Positions 1 to 10,425 of a DNA stretch of 64,000 nt are shown here, piece by piece; within the stretch, counting starts at the first letter, position 1, and every line of letters starts with the position of its first letter. The notes beneath the pieces were generated by a model. That model ran no database searches and was not told where the DNA came from. It saw only the letters and a program-made list of their open reading frames with translations. The stretch is taken from NCBI GenBank assembly GCA_963766075.1, contig CAVYAN010000079.1, forward strand, positions 30,382 through 94,381, given 5' to 3'. This stretch comes from an uncultured cyanobacterium. GTDB taxonomy: Bacteria > Cyanobacteriota > Cyanobacteriia > Leptolyngbyales > Leptolyngbyaceae. The translations under genes were made by a program, and so were the position numbers.

Positions 1-46
1 CATCGTCAGCATACGAGGAGAAACCTGGATCAGATAAAGATGTCAT
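1..46 (-). CDS. Possible 5' end of a gene running off the left edge (MTSLSDPGFSSYADD...)
   Basis: ATG at 46 with an open frame to the window edge; too short to identify. Confidence 0.25.
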   Translation of the reverse strand, partial: MTSLSDPGFSSYADD

Positions 47-228
47 ACATGCACGTCATAGACAGCCGAACCTCAGCCAGCCTGCTGCATAAATTCAACC
101 CGAACAGAATTTATTGCCACGGTGCGAGGCTACTCCTGTTCTAACACCCACTAGAGGGTTCTTGGTAATCTTGGGCAAGACGGCCAATGGTGCGATGGAT
201 TAGTCCTGGAGCAACCCTGTGGGCAACC

Positions 229-768
229 TCACCGCTCAGCCGTGCAAACAATTTGGGCCTGATATTCTTTTTCACTCATCAGATCTTGGGTGCTACGGAC
301 CCGATCCAAAAAGACAATGCCATCTAAATGGTCCAGCTCGTGCTGAAAAATCCGAGCGACAAAATCGGTCAGCTTCTGCTGATACAGTTGGCCATCACGT
401 CCGGTGTACTCCACGGTGATGGCCGTATAACGCGGGACTAATCCCCGAAGACCAGGGACACTCAGACAACCTTCCCAGCCCAATGCTGTTGCCTTGCCAT
501 GGGCGATGATCTGGGGGTTGATCATGGCCGTTGGCGTCATGGCTGGAGCCTGGGGATAACGGGGGTTGGGGCGAGAAGCCACAATGAATAGGCGATCTCC
601 CCGACCCGCCTGAGGAGCCGCAATGCCGACCCCGTTGGCCTGGGTCACGGTTAGAATCAGATCATCAATCAGGGTTTGTAAGCGATCGCTGGCTAAATCA
701 ATCACGGGATGCGATCGCTGCCGCAGTGCGGGGTTTCCCAATTCGATGACAGTCAACGTCTGTGCCAT
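229..768 (-). CDS. def: Peptide deformylase
   Basis: GVGIAAPQ, EGCLS and QHELDH motifs. Confidence 0.96.
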   Translation of the reverse strand: MAQTLTVIELGNPALRQRSHPVIDLASDRLQTLIDDLILTVTQANGVGIAAPQAGRGDRLFIVASRPNPRYPQAPAMTPTAMINPQIIAHGKATALGWEGCLSVPGLRGLVPRYTAITVEYTGRDGQLYQQKLTDFVARIFQHELDHLDGIVFLDRVRSTQDLMSEKEYQAQIVCTAER

Positions 769-857
769 AGCACTCTCCAGCCCTCAGGTAAATTGTTCCA
801 GCTAAAACTGCTCTAAGTTAATTGCTTCAATTAAATTGGAACAATTAACTTAGAGAC

Positions 858-2126
858 TTAATTTTGCGCCGTTCGGGTGGGGAAGGCTTCCGGACGCACT
901 GACAGACTTACGGTTTGATTTTGCCGCTGGACGTCAACCTGAAGACTGCCCCCCACAGTGCTTTTTTCCACGGCCTGCTGCACATCATCGGGGGTCGAGA
1001 CGACCTGCCCGTTGATCTTTTGGATCACGTCACCGGGTTGCATGCCAGCCTTGGCGGCGGGAGAATTTGGCATCACCCGAAACACCAGGACGCCTTTATC
1101 CGCTTGTAGCGTGAAGTTAGCGCGGCGATCGCTGTTCACCTGCTGCTTCAGTTCGGGCGTGATGGCGGTCATGCGAATCCCCAGGTAAGGGTGGTCCACC
1201 CGACCCTTGGCGATTAATTGCTCAGCAATTTTCTGCGCCGTATTAATCGGAATGGCAAAGCCCAGTCCTTGGGCACCACTCAAAATTGCCGTATTCATGC
1301 CAATCACTTCGCCCCGTTGGTTTAGCAGCGGACCGCCGGAGTTGCCGGGATTAATCGCCGCATCGGTTTGAATGAAGCCCACCCGCTTGTCGGAGACGCC
1401 AACCTCAGAACTGCGGCGACCGGTGGCGCTAATAATGCCAACGGTCACCGTATTGTCTAGCCCCAGGGGATTGCCGATGGCGATCGCCCATTCACCAGGG
1501 CGCAGGGTTTCGGAATTCCCCATGGCCACAGCCGGTAAATTATTGGCTTCGACCTTGACCACCGCAACATCCGTGAGGGAATCGGCCCCCATCACCCGCC
1601 CGCGCAGTTCCCGGCCATCTTTTAGCAAAACTGTCACGGTATCCGCGCCTTCGACCACATGGGCATTGGTGAGGATCAAGCCATCGGATTTAATAATAAA
1701 TCCTGAGCCAGTACCCCGTTCTACACGCTCGCCCGACTGCTGGGGCAACTCGTCGCCAAAGAACTGTCGGAAAACCGGATCGTTAAAGACAGCAGGTACC
1801 CGGTTGCGGACTGTGCGGGAAGCATTAATCCGAACCACCGCAGGGCCAGTGCGATCAACGGCATTGACCACGAAGTTCGTATCGTTGCCCGCGAGAATAC
1901 CACCGCTGCGGCTGGCCTGGGCAATTTCTGTGGGGGCTGCGGTTTGGGCGATCGCGGTGGGTTCTCCCGTTAGGACTCGTCCGCCCACGATGGTGGCTCC
2001 AGCGCCCAGCAAGGGCAGCAACAACAGAATTGCGGGCTGCTTCCAGCGCCCGAAGCGGTGGTGCTGAGAGCCAAGTTCTACCGTGCCGGAGGGTGCATGG
2101 TTGGGTTTTTTATCAAAAATAGTCAT
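858..2126 (-). CDS. HtrA/DegP-family (HhoA/HhoB-like) serine protease with PDZ domain
   Basis: [29 protein letters not shown]-terminal PDZ; N-terminal hydrophobic segment. Confidence 0.95.
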   Translation of the reverse strand: MTIFDKKPNHAPSGTVELGSQHHRFGRWKQPAILLLLPLLGAGATIVGGRVLTGEPTAIAQTAAPTEIAQASRSGGILAGNDTNFVVNAVDRTGPAVVRINASRTVRNRVPAVFNDPVFRQFFGDELPQQSGERVERGTGSGFIIKSDGLILTNAHVVEGADTVTVLLKDGRELRGRVMGADSLTDVAVVKVEANNLPAVAMGNSETLRPGEWAIAIGNPLGLDNTVTVGIISATGRRSSEVGVSDKRVGFIQTDAAINPGNSGGPLLNQRGEVIGMNTAILSGAQGLGFAIPINTAQKIAEQLIAKGRVDHPYLGIRMTAITPELKQQVNSDRRANFTLQADKGVLVFRVMPNSPAAKAGMQPGDVIQKINGQVVSTPDDVQQAVEKSTVGGSLQVDVQRQNQTVSLSVRPEAFPTRTAQN

Positions 2127-2439
2127 AGGAGTCTGCCAAGGTGCTTGTGAGTGCAGGGAGTTGTGGGTTTAACGTGAGCTTAACGTTCACTCTATCCAAT
2201 CTAGAAACGGCGTATGACTTTGGGGTAACAGGTCCATCACAGCGGCATGAAGTTCCATGGATTTGGCATACATTTGGGATACTAATAAGGGGATAGACGG
2301 TGAGATCGCCTCTTTTGTTGCGTTTAAACCGCGATTGCTCTGAAGCTACCCGCTATGAATTTTACTGGGTTCGCTGCCCCTAGCCAACCCTGCGACCGAC
2401 TCCCACTCCCCACAATAAAATTCGGAATAAACCTGCTGC

Positions 2440-3123
2440 ATGTTTGTGCTCACCAATGATGATGGTATCGACGCCCCCGGCATTCAAGCGCTGTCTTTGG
2501 CCCTCCAATCCCTGAATCATCCCAGCCTAACAGTCGCCCCCCGCGATCACCAGTCGGGCTGTGGACATCAAGTCACAACGCACGCCCCCATTCAGGTCAG
2601 TCAGCGATCGCCATTTGTTTTTGCTGTTGCGGGTACCCCAGCGGACTGCACCCGCATTGCCCTCACGCACCTTTGCCCCGATGCCCAATGGGTGCTATCG
2701 GGAATTAATGCGGGCGGTAATTTAGGCGCGGATGTGTACATTTCCGGCACAGTCGCCGCCGTGCGGGAAGCGGCGTTGCATCGTGTGCGTGGAGTTGCCA
2801 TTTCCCACTTTATCCAGCGGGGGCGAGCCATTGACTGGTCTGTGGCCACCGCTTTGGCAACCCACGCCCTAGCCGATTTGCTGCAACGCCCCTTGTCTCC
2901 AGGCTGTTTCTGGAATGTGAATCTGCCGCATTTAACAGTTGACGATCCTCTACCCGAAATGGTTTTTTGTCCCCCCTGTACCCAGCCACTGCCCGCTGCC
3001 TATCGCGTTGAGGGAGATCTCTTCCATTACGCGGGCAAGTACGGGGAACGCCAGCGCGATCGCGGAGCCGATGTCGAAGTTTGTTTTTCTGGGAAAATTG
3101 CCGTCACTCAAATCTCGATCTGA
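2440..3123 (+). CDS. surE: 5'/3'-nucleotidase SurE
   Basis: LTNDDGI, GTPADC, SGINAGGN and SGTVAA motifs. Confidence 0.95.
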   Translation: MFVLTNDDGIDAPGIQALSLALQSLNHPSLTVAPRDHQSGCGHQVTTHAPIQVSQRSPFVFAVAGTPADCTRIALTHLCPDAQWVLSGINAGGNLGADVYISGTVAAVREAALHRVRGVAISHFIQRGRAIDWSVATALATHALADLLQRPLSPGCFWNVNLPHLTVDDPLPEMVFCPPCTQPLPAAYRVEGDLFHYAGKYGERQRDRGADVEVCFSGKIAVTQISI

Positions 3124-3159
3124 GGTGTAGCACCCCGCGCCACCACCACTTATTACCAC

Positions 3160-3612
3160 TTACAGAATGTCCGCAGGCAAGGCTTTCTGCTTGGCTTTGC
3201 GTTTATTGCGATGGCGTACCCGAATAGCTTGATCCAACGGCACGCCCGCCATAGGAATTTCTTGATAGCGGCGATCGTCTTCTAATCGACGCAGTTCCGT
3301 ATAGTCCACCCAGTGGATGCAGTCTACAGGACAGGTATCAATCGCTTCTTGGATCAGCTCATCGCTATCGCCGTCTTGGCGGACTACCCGCGATCGCCCA
3401 TAGTCCGGCTCGATGTAAAACGTATTGCGGGCCACATGGGCACAGTGTTTGCAGCCAATACAAACCAACTCGTCCACATAGACCCCGCGCTGTCGATTCA
3501 GCCCCCCCAATTCCGGCTCGAACCCGGTGCGCTCTGCCGAGCCCCGTAAAAAGCCACCTAACTCAGGCTCAAGTCCTAGGGGTTGTGTATTGTCATGTGG
3601 CTCAAGACTCAT
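3160..3612 (-). CDS. Bacterial-type [4Fe-4S] ferredoxin (Fed7/CDJ-like)
   Basis: CIGCKHC...CPVDCI; duplicated N-terminal GxEPELGG motif; sits downstream of ycf35; alternative start 3621. Confidence 0.85.
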   Translation of the reverse strand: MSLEPHDNTQPLGLEPELGGFLRGSAERTGFEPELGGLNRQRGVYVDELVCIGCKHCAHVARNTFYIEPDYGRSRVVRQDGDSDELIQEAIDTCPVDCIHWVDYTELRRLEDDRRYQEIPMAGVPLDQAIRVRHRNKRKAKQKALPADIL

Positions 3613-3745
3613 AGGAATCATTTCTCCTAGAATTTGCCTATCAAGGGGCAGAGGAGTTTCATGTTAGCCAGAAAAAATCTAGTAGCGTTGGGCCTTCTAG
3701 CGATCTTCCCAAACCCCTCTGCACGACTAGGGACTTTAGGCGCGA

Positions 3746-4132
3746 CTACGCGCTCCAGCGCTGAAGCACTACGCGAATGGAACCATCTGAGTTTTGTTGC
3801 TGTTCTGCTACCTGAAATCCCTTCTGGGTGGATTCAGTAACCACAGTATGGTAAGCGTAGCGCTGGGTCACTCGACCCAGAAACCGATCTACAGTCGATT
3901 CCTGCTTCCAATATTGCAGATCCGCCACGAGTTCGTACTCTGTCCCATTCCAACGAAACCCAATGTCATAGCCATTGTCCTGCTCGATGGCAACTTCTGC
4001 GGTTTCGGTTAGCCCTCGGTATCCCCGCACCGGACAAGGCCCCTGCTTCCAGTCCACTCCCAAATCTGTGAGGGCAGCTTGCAATGAGGAAAGATTGCGA
4101 ATTTGGGTTTTGATTTGGCTAAAGTGTGACAT
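3746..4132 (-). CDS. ycf35: DUF1257 / Ycf35 protein
   Basis: MSHFSQIKT start, GYDIGFRWNG, YELVADLQYW, QRYAY. Confidence 0.88.
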   Translation of the reverse strand: MSHFSQIKTQIRNLSSLQAALTDLGVDWKQGPCPVRGYRGLTETAEVAIEQDNGYDIGFRWNGTEYELVADLQYWKQESTVDRFLGRVTQRYAYHTVVTESTQKGFQVAEQQQNSDGSIRVVLQRWSA

Positions 4133-4289
4133 GGCAGTTTATTAGGGAGTTAAAGGTTGGATAAAAACAATCCCCGCATAGGGAGGCGTTCGCACAAAGC
4201 AGACATTGAAAACGGCACGCATTGAAAACGTCAGCAAAGCGTAAGCATCGAGCACTATCAAACCAATCGGGCCATAGCCCCGGGGCCAA

Positions 4290-4499
4290 TTACCAGGACG
4301 TAAACGTAGCCTGGGTGGTGGCAGTAGCCGCATTCTGAACAGTGGCGGCAAAGTATTCAGCGGTGGATTCTTGATGCAGAACCCGCCCGAGCTGAGCTTC
4401 AATGGCTTCTGTGACTTCGGCGCAGGAAGAGCCTATGATACCCGTAACTTTTTCCTGAACTCGGCCATCGGGATAGATGATGAACTCTAATGTCTCCAT
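4290..4499 (-). CDS. DUF2997 small protein
   Basis: METLEFIIYPDGRVQEKVTGIIGSSCAEVT; usual neighbour of ycf35. Confidence 0.85.
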   Translation of the reverse strand: METLEFIIYPDGRVQEKVTGIIGSSCAEVTEAIEAQLGRVLHQESTAEYFAATVQNAATATTQATFTSW

Positions 4500-4854
4500 G
4501 CTTTTTCTATGATGCTTCCTAATTATTTTGGGGAATCTCGGGAATCTATTTTGGAGAATTTTGGGGGAATAAAGCTGAGCCTTGTGAACAGAGTCCAGTA
4601 ACCGAAACGCTATCGTGGGATAGTCGGAGAGATGTGGCTACATGCAGTTATATTTAGTCGCGAAATTCCACATTTCTTGCAACCTGTTTTAACAAAAGTT
4701 ATGAATCATAGGGCTTTTGGCTCACGTATTTGTTAGTTTCGCTTAACTTCGCAGCCCAGTCAAGCGCTCGTTTCTCAATGGGTCGCCTTGCTTAGGGTCG
4801 CCTTGCCGATCGAGGCCCCATCACAATAGCCCCGTCACAATAGCAATACGGGGA

Positions 4855-5400
4855 TTATTTGCCGTATCGCATTTGTGTCAGGCGTTGTTTTGCCTCTGGG
4901 TCCAGACTATGGCCCAGGGTACGTCCGATATGCCGCCGGGATTGGGTTTGTTTTCGCAACACCCGTTGGGCAATCATTTCAACATCCGCCGCCAAGCGAT
5001 CGGCGGACATTAATTCTGCTCCGTAGCCTTGAACAGTTAACTGTTGGGCGCGATCGGACGTGGCTACGATCAAGCGCTGGTTAAACTTGCGTAAATCGTG
5101 GCGAAAGTCGGCGCAGGCTTTTTCGATGTAGGTATCTGCCGTTTGGCCAAAGTCGGTGTAGTGGACGGAAAGGTTAGCTGTGATGATTTCGGGGACCCCG
5201 GCAGATTCCCGATACTGGGCGTCGAAGATGACACGGGTATCAAATCCTTGGTAGGCACTGTAGCCAGTTAATTGCTCGACCAGGCAGCGCCGGGATGCCT
5301 CTAGGCCATCGCGATCGCGCACAGCTTTTAGTCCTGTCCAAGCGCCCAGGATGTTGTAGCCATCAACTAACAGAATTGCCTGCGGAGTCAGACGCGGCAT
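4855..5400 (-). CDS. NYN/PIN-domain protein, YacP/Rae1 family (DUF901), probable endoribonuclease
   Basis: LLVDGYNI, VIFDA, TADTYIE, VATSD motifs. Confidence 0.88.
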   Translation of the reverse strand: MPRLTPQAILLVDGYNILGAWTGLKAVRDRDGLEASRRCLVEQLTGYSAYQGFDTRVIFDAQYRESAGVPEIITANLSVHYTDFGQTADTYIEKACADFRHDLRKFNQRLIVATSDRAQQLTVQGYGAELMSADRLAADVEMIAQRVLRKQTQSRRHIGRTLGHSLDPEAKQRLTQMRYGK

Positions 5401-5514
5401 AAGCAAGAACTACTGCATGGGTACTAGATTATTCAACCCGGATTAGCTCAATAATCACATACTGCGTTGAGTTCTGTGAAGCCTGCTGCTCTGTAAAGAT
5501 TAGACGATGGCGTC

Positions 5515-6198
5515 CTAGGTCGGTAAAGTCATGAGCCGTTGCTTAAGCCGCTGGGGGGCACCTTGATCGGTCACCTTGCCATTTTCTAGCAGAAATGCGC
5601 CGTCGGAGTAGTCCAATTCTTCGAGGCGATGGGTCACCCATAGAGCGGTCAATCCTCGGCTTTTGACAAGGTGCTGCACTTGGGCCACGAGTTCCAACTG
5701 GCTGTCGGGGTCGAGCAGGGCGGTGGGTTCGTCAAGCAAGAGGACAGGACAATGGCGGGCGATCGCGCCAGCGATCGCCACTCGCTGCTTTTGGCCGCCA
5801 CTGAGGGCGTAAATCGGCCGCCGCATTAGATGGAGCAAACTAACGGCATCCAGGGCCTCCTCAACCCGCTGGCGAATCTGCAGGGGTGTCAGTTGTTCAG
5901 CGACTAATCCAAAAGCGACATCAGCCCCAACCGTTGGCATCACCAGTTGATGATCGGGGTTTTGGAAAACGAAGCCCAAGGGCGAGGGCACTTGAATCTC
6001 TCCCGACTGGGGCTTGAGCAAGCCTGCTAGTAATTTGAACAACGTAGATTTGCCGCTGCCATTGGTACCCAGGAGCATCCAAAACTCTCCCGGCGGGACT
6101 TCCAGGCTACACTCATTCAAAACCTGGCCCGCTTTCTGCCAGTTAAAGCACAAATTGCGTACATGGATTGCGCCACTGGGAGCTACGGGGGAGTTCAT
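5515..6198 (-). CDS. ECF/CbiO-type ABC transporter ATP-binding protein
   Basis: Walker A GTNGSGKST, FQNPDHQL, LSGGQKQR, LLLDEPT. Confidence 0.92.
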   Translation of the reverse strand: MNSPVAPSGAIHVRNLCFNWQKAGQVLNECSLEVPPGEFWMLLGTNGSGKSTLFKLLAGLLKPQSGEIQVPSPLGFVFQNPDHQLVMPTVGADVAFGLVAEQLTPLQIRQRVEEALDAVSLLHLMRRPIYALSGGQKQRVAIAGAIARHCPVLLLDEPTALLDPDSQLELVAQVQHLVKSRGLTALWVTHRLEELDYSDGAFLLENGKVTDQGAPQRLKQRLMTLPT

Positions 6199-6458
6199 TC
6201 GGCTAGGGCAAAGAAACCGGGAGAGTTGGATTTTCCAGAGGAGGATTTTTCGGAAACTTGGACGGCGGAAATCTCACTGCTGAGAATGGCAATTCGCTTG
6301 CCTTCCTGTTTCTCGCAGGTCAGTTCCAAAATTTTGGGGGTGCCGCTGGTAATGGCTTCCAGAATTTGCTGATAGAGTGCATCTGCCCCTTCCTTTTCTT
6401 TGCGCTGCACTGAAAAGGGCATGGGGGTGTACTTCAAAATTAATTCGATGGTGAACAT
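6195..6458 (-). CDS. Conserved small cyanobacterial hypothetical protein
   Basis: MFTIELILK...; stop overlaps the next start (ATGA), suggesting translational coupling. Confidence 0.75.
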   Translation of the reverse strand: MFTIELILKYTPMPFSVQRKEKEGADALYQQILEAITSGTPKILELTCEKQEGKRIAILSSEISAVQVSEKSSSGKSNSPGFFALAE

Positions 6459-6515
6459 GGAGGGATTATGTCTCGCGAAACCAGGACTATGGTAACGCAA
6501 AACGCAAAACTCCCC

Positions 6516-7277
6516 CTAAAACATCCATTCCAGGACAAGACTGACCCGGCTGTCTTTGCGCTGGGGGGCGTTTTGGGCTTGGATATCGGTGGCGATGCGC
6601 AGTTGGGACGTGAGAGCATAGCCAAGAGAGAGCGTCGTCAGTCCAACTTCCTGCGGAGTGCCGGGGGAAACCCAAGTTTGACTGAAAGAGAGATCGGCGG
6701 CACCGGTACGCGATGGCACGGCGAGGAGCTTTAGGCCAACCGTCAGCCCCTCAGTCGTGTGGCGGGCGGTTTCTACGTGCTGAAAGCCCAGAATGGGAGC
6801 AATGTTCAGGGGTTTGCCCAAGGGCCGCAGATAGTAATGGAGTTCGGTACTCCAGGTCGTGGAGGGGGACGATACTCCCCGCTTGGGATCCTGTTCGCGC
6901 CCTGCCCATTGATATTCTGCATTGAGGGTCAGTCCTGTTCGCCCTAGGAAGACATCGCGCAGGCCCAGGGTCAGGCCACTGGCATGATTGGCGGCAGGGT
7001 ATTGAGAATAGCCCAGACGCAGTCGGGTGCGGAAGCTGGGATCATTCTGCATATCGTCAAGGACATTGGGTACGGTTTTGAGCCAGCGTTGGAGAACGGG
7101 ACTGGATTGGATCAGGGCGGGATCGAGATCGAGGGGGCGATCGCCGATTTCAGCAGAAGCGGGCAGTGCTGGACTGATACTAGGAGCGGGTGCGGCCTGG
7201 GTGGCTGAAGGCTGGCAGACCAGATAAAGCCAGACCAGGCAGGCACTGGGGCCTAGACTGCAGGCGAAATGGCGCAT
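6516..7277 (-). CDS. Hypothetical exported protein, possible beta-barrel
   Basis: Signal-like N-terminus, alternating beta-strand pattern, C-terminal Phe. Confidence 0.65.
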   Translation of the reverse strand: MRHFACSLGPSACLVWLYLVCQPSATQAAPAPSISPALPASAEIGDRPLDLDPALIQSSPVLQRWLKTVPNVLDDMQNDPSFRTRLRLGYSQYPAANHASGLTLGLRDVFLGRTGLTLNAEYQWAGREQDPKRGVSSPSTTWSTELHYYLRPLGKPLNIAPILGFQHVETARHTTEGLTVGLKLLAVPSRTGAADLSFSQTWVSPGTPQEVGLTTLSLGYALTSQLRIATDIQAQNAPQRKDSRVSLVLEWMF

Positions 7278-7285
7278 TAATTAAA

Positions 7286-7307
7286 TTTTGGATTTTGGAT
7301 TTTGGAC
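7286..7307. repeat. STRR-type heptamer tandem (TTTTGGA)x3
   Basis: ttttggattttggattttgga seen directly. Confidence 0.85.
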
Positions 7308-7426
7308 TTAATTTCGGAGAGTGCCGCCCTATACTGAATAGTCTGGAAGTGCTAATCGCCTGGAAGCGCTAAGCGGGAGCGCTGTACAGAATAGCTGTAA
7401 CAAAATACAAGTACTGGACTAAGTAT

Positions 7427-8020
7427 ATGGGAAGTGAAGTCAGGTCTGTGGTGGGGCGCGGTATTCCGTTGACGGGCAATGATGTGGATACGGACCGGAT
7501 TATTCCGGCGCGGTTTTTGCGTTCGGTAACGTTTGATGGCCTGGGAGCGCAGGTGTTTGCGGACGATCGCAGCCAAATGAACGGTCAGCATCCGTTTGAC
7601 CTCCCCCAGTACCAGGGCGCGACGGTGCTGGTCGTGAATGATAATTTTGGCTGTGGCTCGAGTCGGGAGCATGCGCCCCAGGCCATTGCGAAATGGGGCA
7701 TTCGGGCAATTGTCGGGGAAAGCTTTGCGGAGATTTTCTTTGGGAACTGTGTGGCCATGGGCATTCCCTGCGTGATCGCGGATGCAGCGACGGTGCAGAC
7801 GGTGCAGTCCCAACTGATGGCGAATCCCCATGTAGAAATGGCGGTCGATCTGGAGGCAATGCAGGTCCGATGCGGGGATTTTAGCGGTGCGATCGCCTTG
7901 TCAGAAGGGCCACGCCAAATGATGATAGCCGGGACTTGGGATGCCTGTGGCCAACTGGTAGCCCAGGCGGAGCAGGTGCGGGCCACGGCGGCGAAATTGC
8001 CCTATATGGCTTGGGCGTGA
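7427..8020 (+). CDS. leuD: 3-isopropylmalate dehydratase small subunit
   Basis: [34 protein letters not shown]. Confidence 0.97.
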   Translation: MGSEVRSVVGRGIPLTGNDVDTDRIIPARFLRSVTFDGLGAQVFADDRSQMNGQHPFDLPQYQGATVLVVNDNFGCGSSREHAPQAIAKWGIRAIVGESFAEIFFGNCVAMGIPCVIADAATVQTVQSQLMANPHVEMAVDLEAMQVRCGDFSGAIALSEGPRQMMIAGTWDACGQLVAQAEQVRATAAKLPYMAWA

Positions 8021-8059
8021 CCCCAGAGCGGCAATCGGCAACTGGCAGCAGGGCAGGTC

Positions 8060-9181
8060 TTACATCGAAATCATCTGCCGAACGCGATCAGCGGTGGCCG
8101 GGGCCAGCAGCACGCCATTGCGGTAGTGCCCAGAGGCCAGGATGATGTTGGCATATCCCGGTAGCCACTCCACAACGGGGGCAGGGCGACCCTCGGGCCG
8201 GGGGCGCAGTCCTGACCATGTTCGCAGGATTTCGCCTTCGCCCAGGGCAGGACAAAAGGCGATCGCCTTTTGAATTACGGCTGCCAACCGTTCGGGCTGC
8301 GGTTGCTGGATCGCGATCGCGTCAGGCATCACATCTGGAAACTCTACGGTTGCCCCGACCCAATAGTCGCTATTCCCGAGGGGCACAATGTGGACATCGT
8401 CGCCCGTGATCACGGGCTGGCGTACGGAGTTCCCCAAAGAATGGGGCAACCGCAGATGAGCCGCCTGCCCTAAGACAGGTCGAATATCCACAGGCTGATT
8501 CAGGTGACTCGTCAGGGGCGTCGATCCTAAACCCGCCGCAATCACTAGCCAGTCTACGTTCAGGCTGGAGAAGGCAGTATGGACACTCCGGCAATGGTGC
8601 TTAGCCATAACTCCGCCCTCTCCAGCCTCGGCAACATCAGCAGCAACAACCGCTTGGCCAAATTGAAAGTTCACCCCATTTTGCTCAGCGGCATCCACCA
8701 AGGCAAGCGTCGTGGACACAGGGTCAAGCTGGCGATCGCCCGGTGAATAAACGGCTCCCAGAACGCCTGCAAGGTTCAACTGCGGATACCCCAGAGCCAG
8801 AGCACTGGGATCGTACAACTCCAGCGAATACCCCTGAGCCTCCCGCACCGCAGCCAGTGATCGCCAAGTGGCCACATCCTCCCCGACAAAGCAAATCCGC
8901 AAAATTCCTTCGCGGTTGTAAGGAATTTTGCGGCCCGTTTTTGCTTCTAATTCGGGAATCCACTGGTCATAGCGCTGAATCCCGCGCAGACGCATCTTGA
9001 GCCGATCTCCCTTCGTTTTTTGGCTGATGGCGGCCATCAATACACCCAGGGCAGCCCCAGTGGCGGCTTGGGCGGGTTGGTTTTGATCGATCACCGTGAT
9101 GGCGAGCCCCAATATCTGGCTGAGTTCATAGGCGATCGCTGCACCCACAATACCGCAGCCCACCACCACCACATGCTTCAT
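8060..9181 (-). CDS. FAD-dependent oxidoreductase (DAO/glycine-oxidase family)
   Basis: VVGCGIVG Rossmann motif, WSGLRP, GHYRNGVLLAP. Confidence 0.9.
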   Translation of the reverse strand: MKHVVVVGCGIVGAAIAYELSQILGLAITVIDQNQPAQAATGAALGVLMAAISQKTKGDRLKMRLRGIQRYDQWIPELEAKTGRKIPYNREGILRICFVGEDVATWRSLAAVREAQGYSLELYDPSALALGYPQLNLAGVLGAVYSPGDRQLDPVSTTLALVDAAEQNGVNFQFGQAVVAADVAEAGEGGVMAKHHCRSVHTAFSSLNVDWLVIAAGLGSTPLTSHLNQPVDIRPVLGQAAHLRLPHSLGNSVRQPVITGDDVHIVPLGNSDYWVGATVEFPDVMPDAIAIQQPQPERLAAVIQKAIAFCPALGEGEILRTWSGLRPRPEGRPAPVVEWLPGYANIILASGHYRNGVLLAPATADRVRQMISM

Positions 9182-9184
9182 AAC

Positions 9185-9631
9185 CTAGCCTTGGGGGAGA
9201 CTTTTCACTAGGGCATCCAAGTCTCGCAGAACTTCTGCATAGTTGCGAATAGCATCTTTGTAGACTTTGGCCTGTGCCGCTTGGTCAATGCTCACCAAAT
9301 TGGTCGAAATGGCCTTAGCCAGTTGGCGGACTTCTTTGCGGGCTGTTGGGAACAGGGTTTGAGCCAGATTGGACATTTTGACACGAATTTCGCCAAGGGG
9401 CCCCCGCACAAAGGTACGGACGTTAACCCAGTCCTGGGCTTGAATCTGCTCGGCCAGTTCCGGAAGGCGATCGCGCATTACCGTCAAATCCGCCGCGTAG
9501 GCTTGAATCTGCTGAACTTGTTCTGGGCTGTAGGTCAGGGGTTTGGCAACCTTTGCAGCACTGCACCCATTGATGAATACCGATGCCACAAACGCCAGCA
9601 GGATTGCAATAACAGACTGATATTTACGCAT
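9185..9631 (-). CDS. psbQ: Photosystem II extrinsic lipoprotein PsbQ (CyanoQ)
   Basis: Lipobox INGC, YSPEQVQQIQ, DWVNVRTFVRGPLGE; sits next to the DAO-family gene. Confidence 0.88.
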   Translation of the reverse strand: MRKYQSVIAILLAFVASVFINGCSAAKVAKPLTYSPEQVQQIQAYAADLTVMRDRLPELAEQIQAQDWVNVRTFVRGPLGEIRVKMSNLAQTLFPTARKEVRQLAKAISTNLVSIDQAAQAKVYKDAIRNYAEVLRDLDALVKSLPQG

Positions 9632-9781
9632 AGTTCTCTTAACCAACTCTCTTAATCAACTCTTACTCAGCAGCGCTGCGGCTTGTATGAGCGAGCCGCA
9701 CAAAGGGCTGAGCAACCAAAACTATACCAAGTTAGGACGCGCAAATTTTAGCTGAAATTTTAATTGGAATTTTAATTGGGA

Positions 9782-10300
9782 TTAACTACCCACCCGCACA
9801 TCCATGATCGGTAGGTCAGTAAAGTCGTAGTTAAAGCCTTCAAGTTCAATCTTGTTACCAATCTTTACTTTGTTACCCCCCATCACCGGGCCATCTTTGG
9901 TGATTTGGGCCGTGCCCTCAATCGTGACCAAAAAGTCCTTGCTCAGATTGGCTTCAGGTCGCGGATCAGGCATGACTTTTACAGAACCATTGGGCTGAGG
10001 CACGATCGTACTGCGGGTCAACTCTTGCACAGCCTTAATCATCACATCCCCATGGGGCTGGTTGCGAATCACAATGCTGGTCTTATCGCCCGGTTTTAAG
10101 AGACTGGCCGCGCTTTGAATACCGATGCTGCGGGCGATGACATCCACTTGCACCGATTTCATATTGGCCCCCAACTGGGCCACCCCAGAGGTACTTGGCA
10201 GCAGTACGCCAATCAGCACCAGCAGGATAACCAGTGCCGCCCCGACATCGAGAATGCTAACTTTTCCAAACAACCGACCTTGAGAATCCACAATAGCCAT
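9782..10300 (-). CDS. DUF4330 protein
   Basis: MAIVDSQGRLFGKVSILD + TM helix, IVIRNQPHG. Confidence 0.85.
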   Translation of the reverse strand: MAIVDSQGRLFGKVSILDVGAALVILLVLIGVLLPSTSGVAQLGANMKSVQVDVIARSIGIQSAASLLKPGDKTSIVIRNQPHGDVMIKAVQELTRSTIVPQPNGSVKVMPDPRPEANLSKDFLVTIEGTAQITKDGPVMGGNKVKIGNKIELEGFNYDFTDLPIMDVRVGS

Positions 10301-10370
10301 AGAACGACTTACCGCGTACAACTGGCGTGAAGCATCCAAAAATGCTCCACAAAGCACCCATCAGTTTACA

Positions 10371-10421
10371 TGGATTTTGGATTTTAGATTTTGGATTTTG
10401 GAGCCAATCCAAAATCTAAAA
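10371..10421. repeat. STRR heptamer array (TTTTGGA/TTTTAGA) with inverted copies, forming a hairpin downstream of prfC
   Basis: ggattttggattttagattttggattttgga...aatccaaaatctaaaat. Confidence 0.8.
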
Positions 10422-10425
10422 TGGC

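Noticed and set aside
1372..2067. 231-aa antisense ORF and the many similar shadow ORFs in the track
   Set aside because: Antisense to well-supported genes, with no motifs; expected from codon bias
7383..7414. NtcA box upstream of leuD
   Set aside because: GTA...TAC spacing does not fit GTA-N8-TAC
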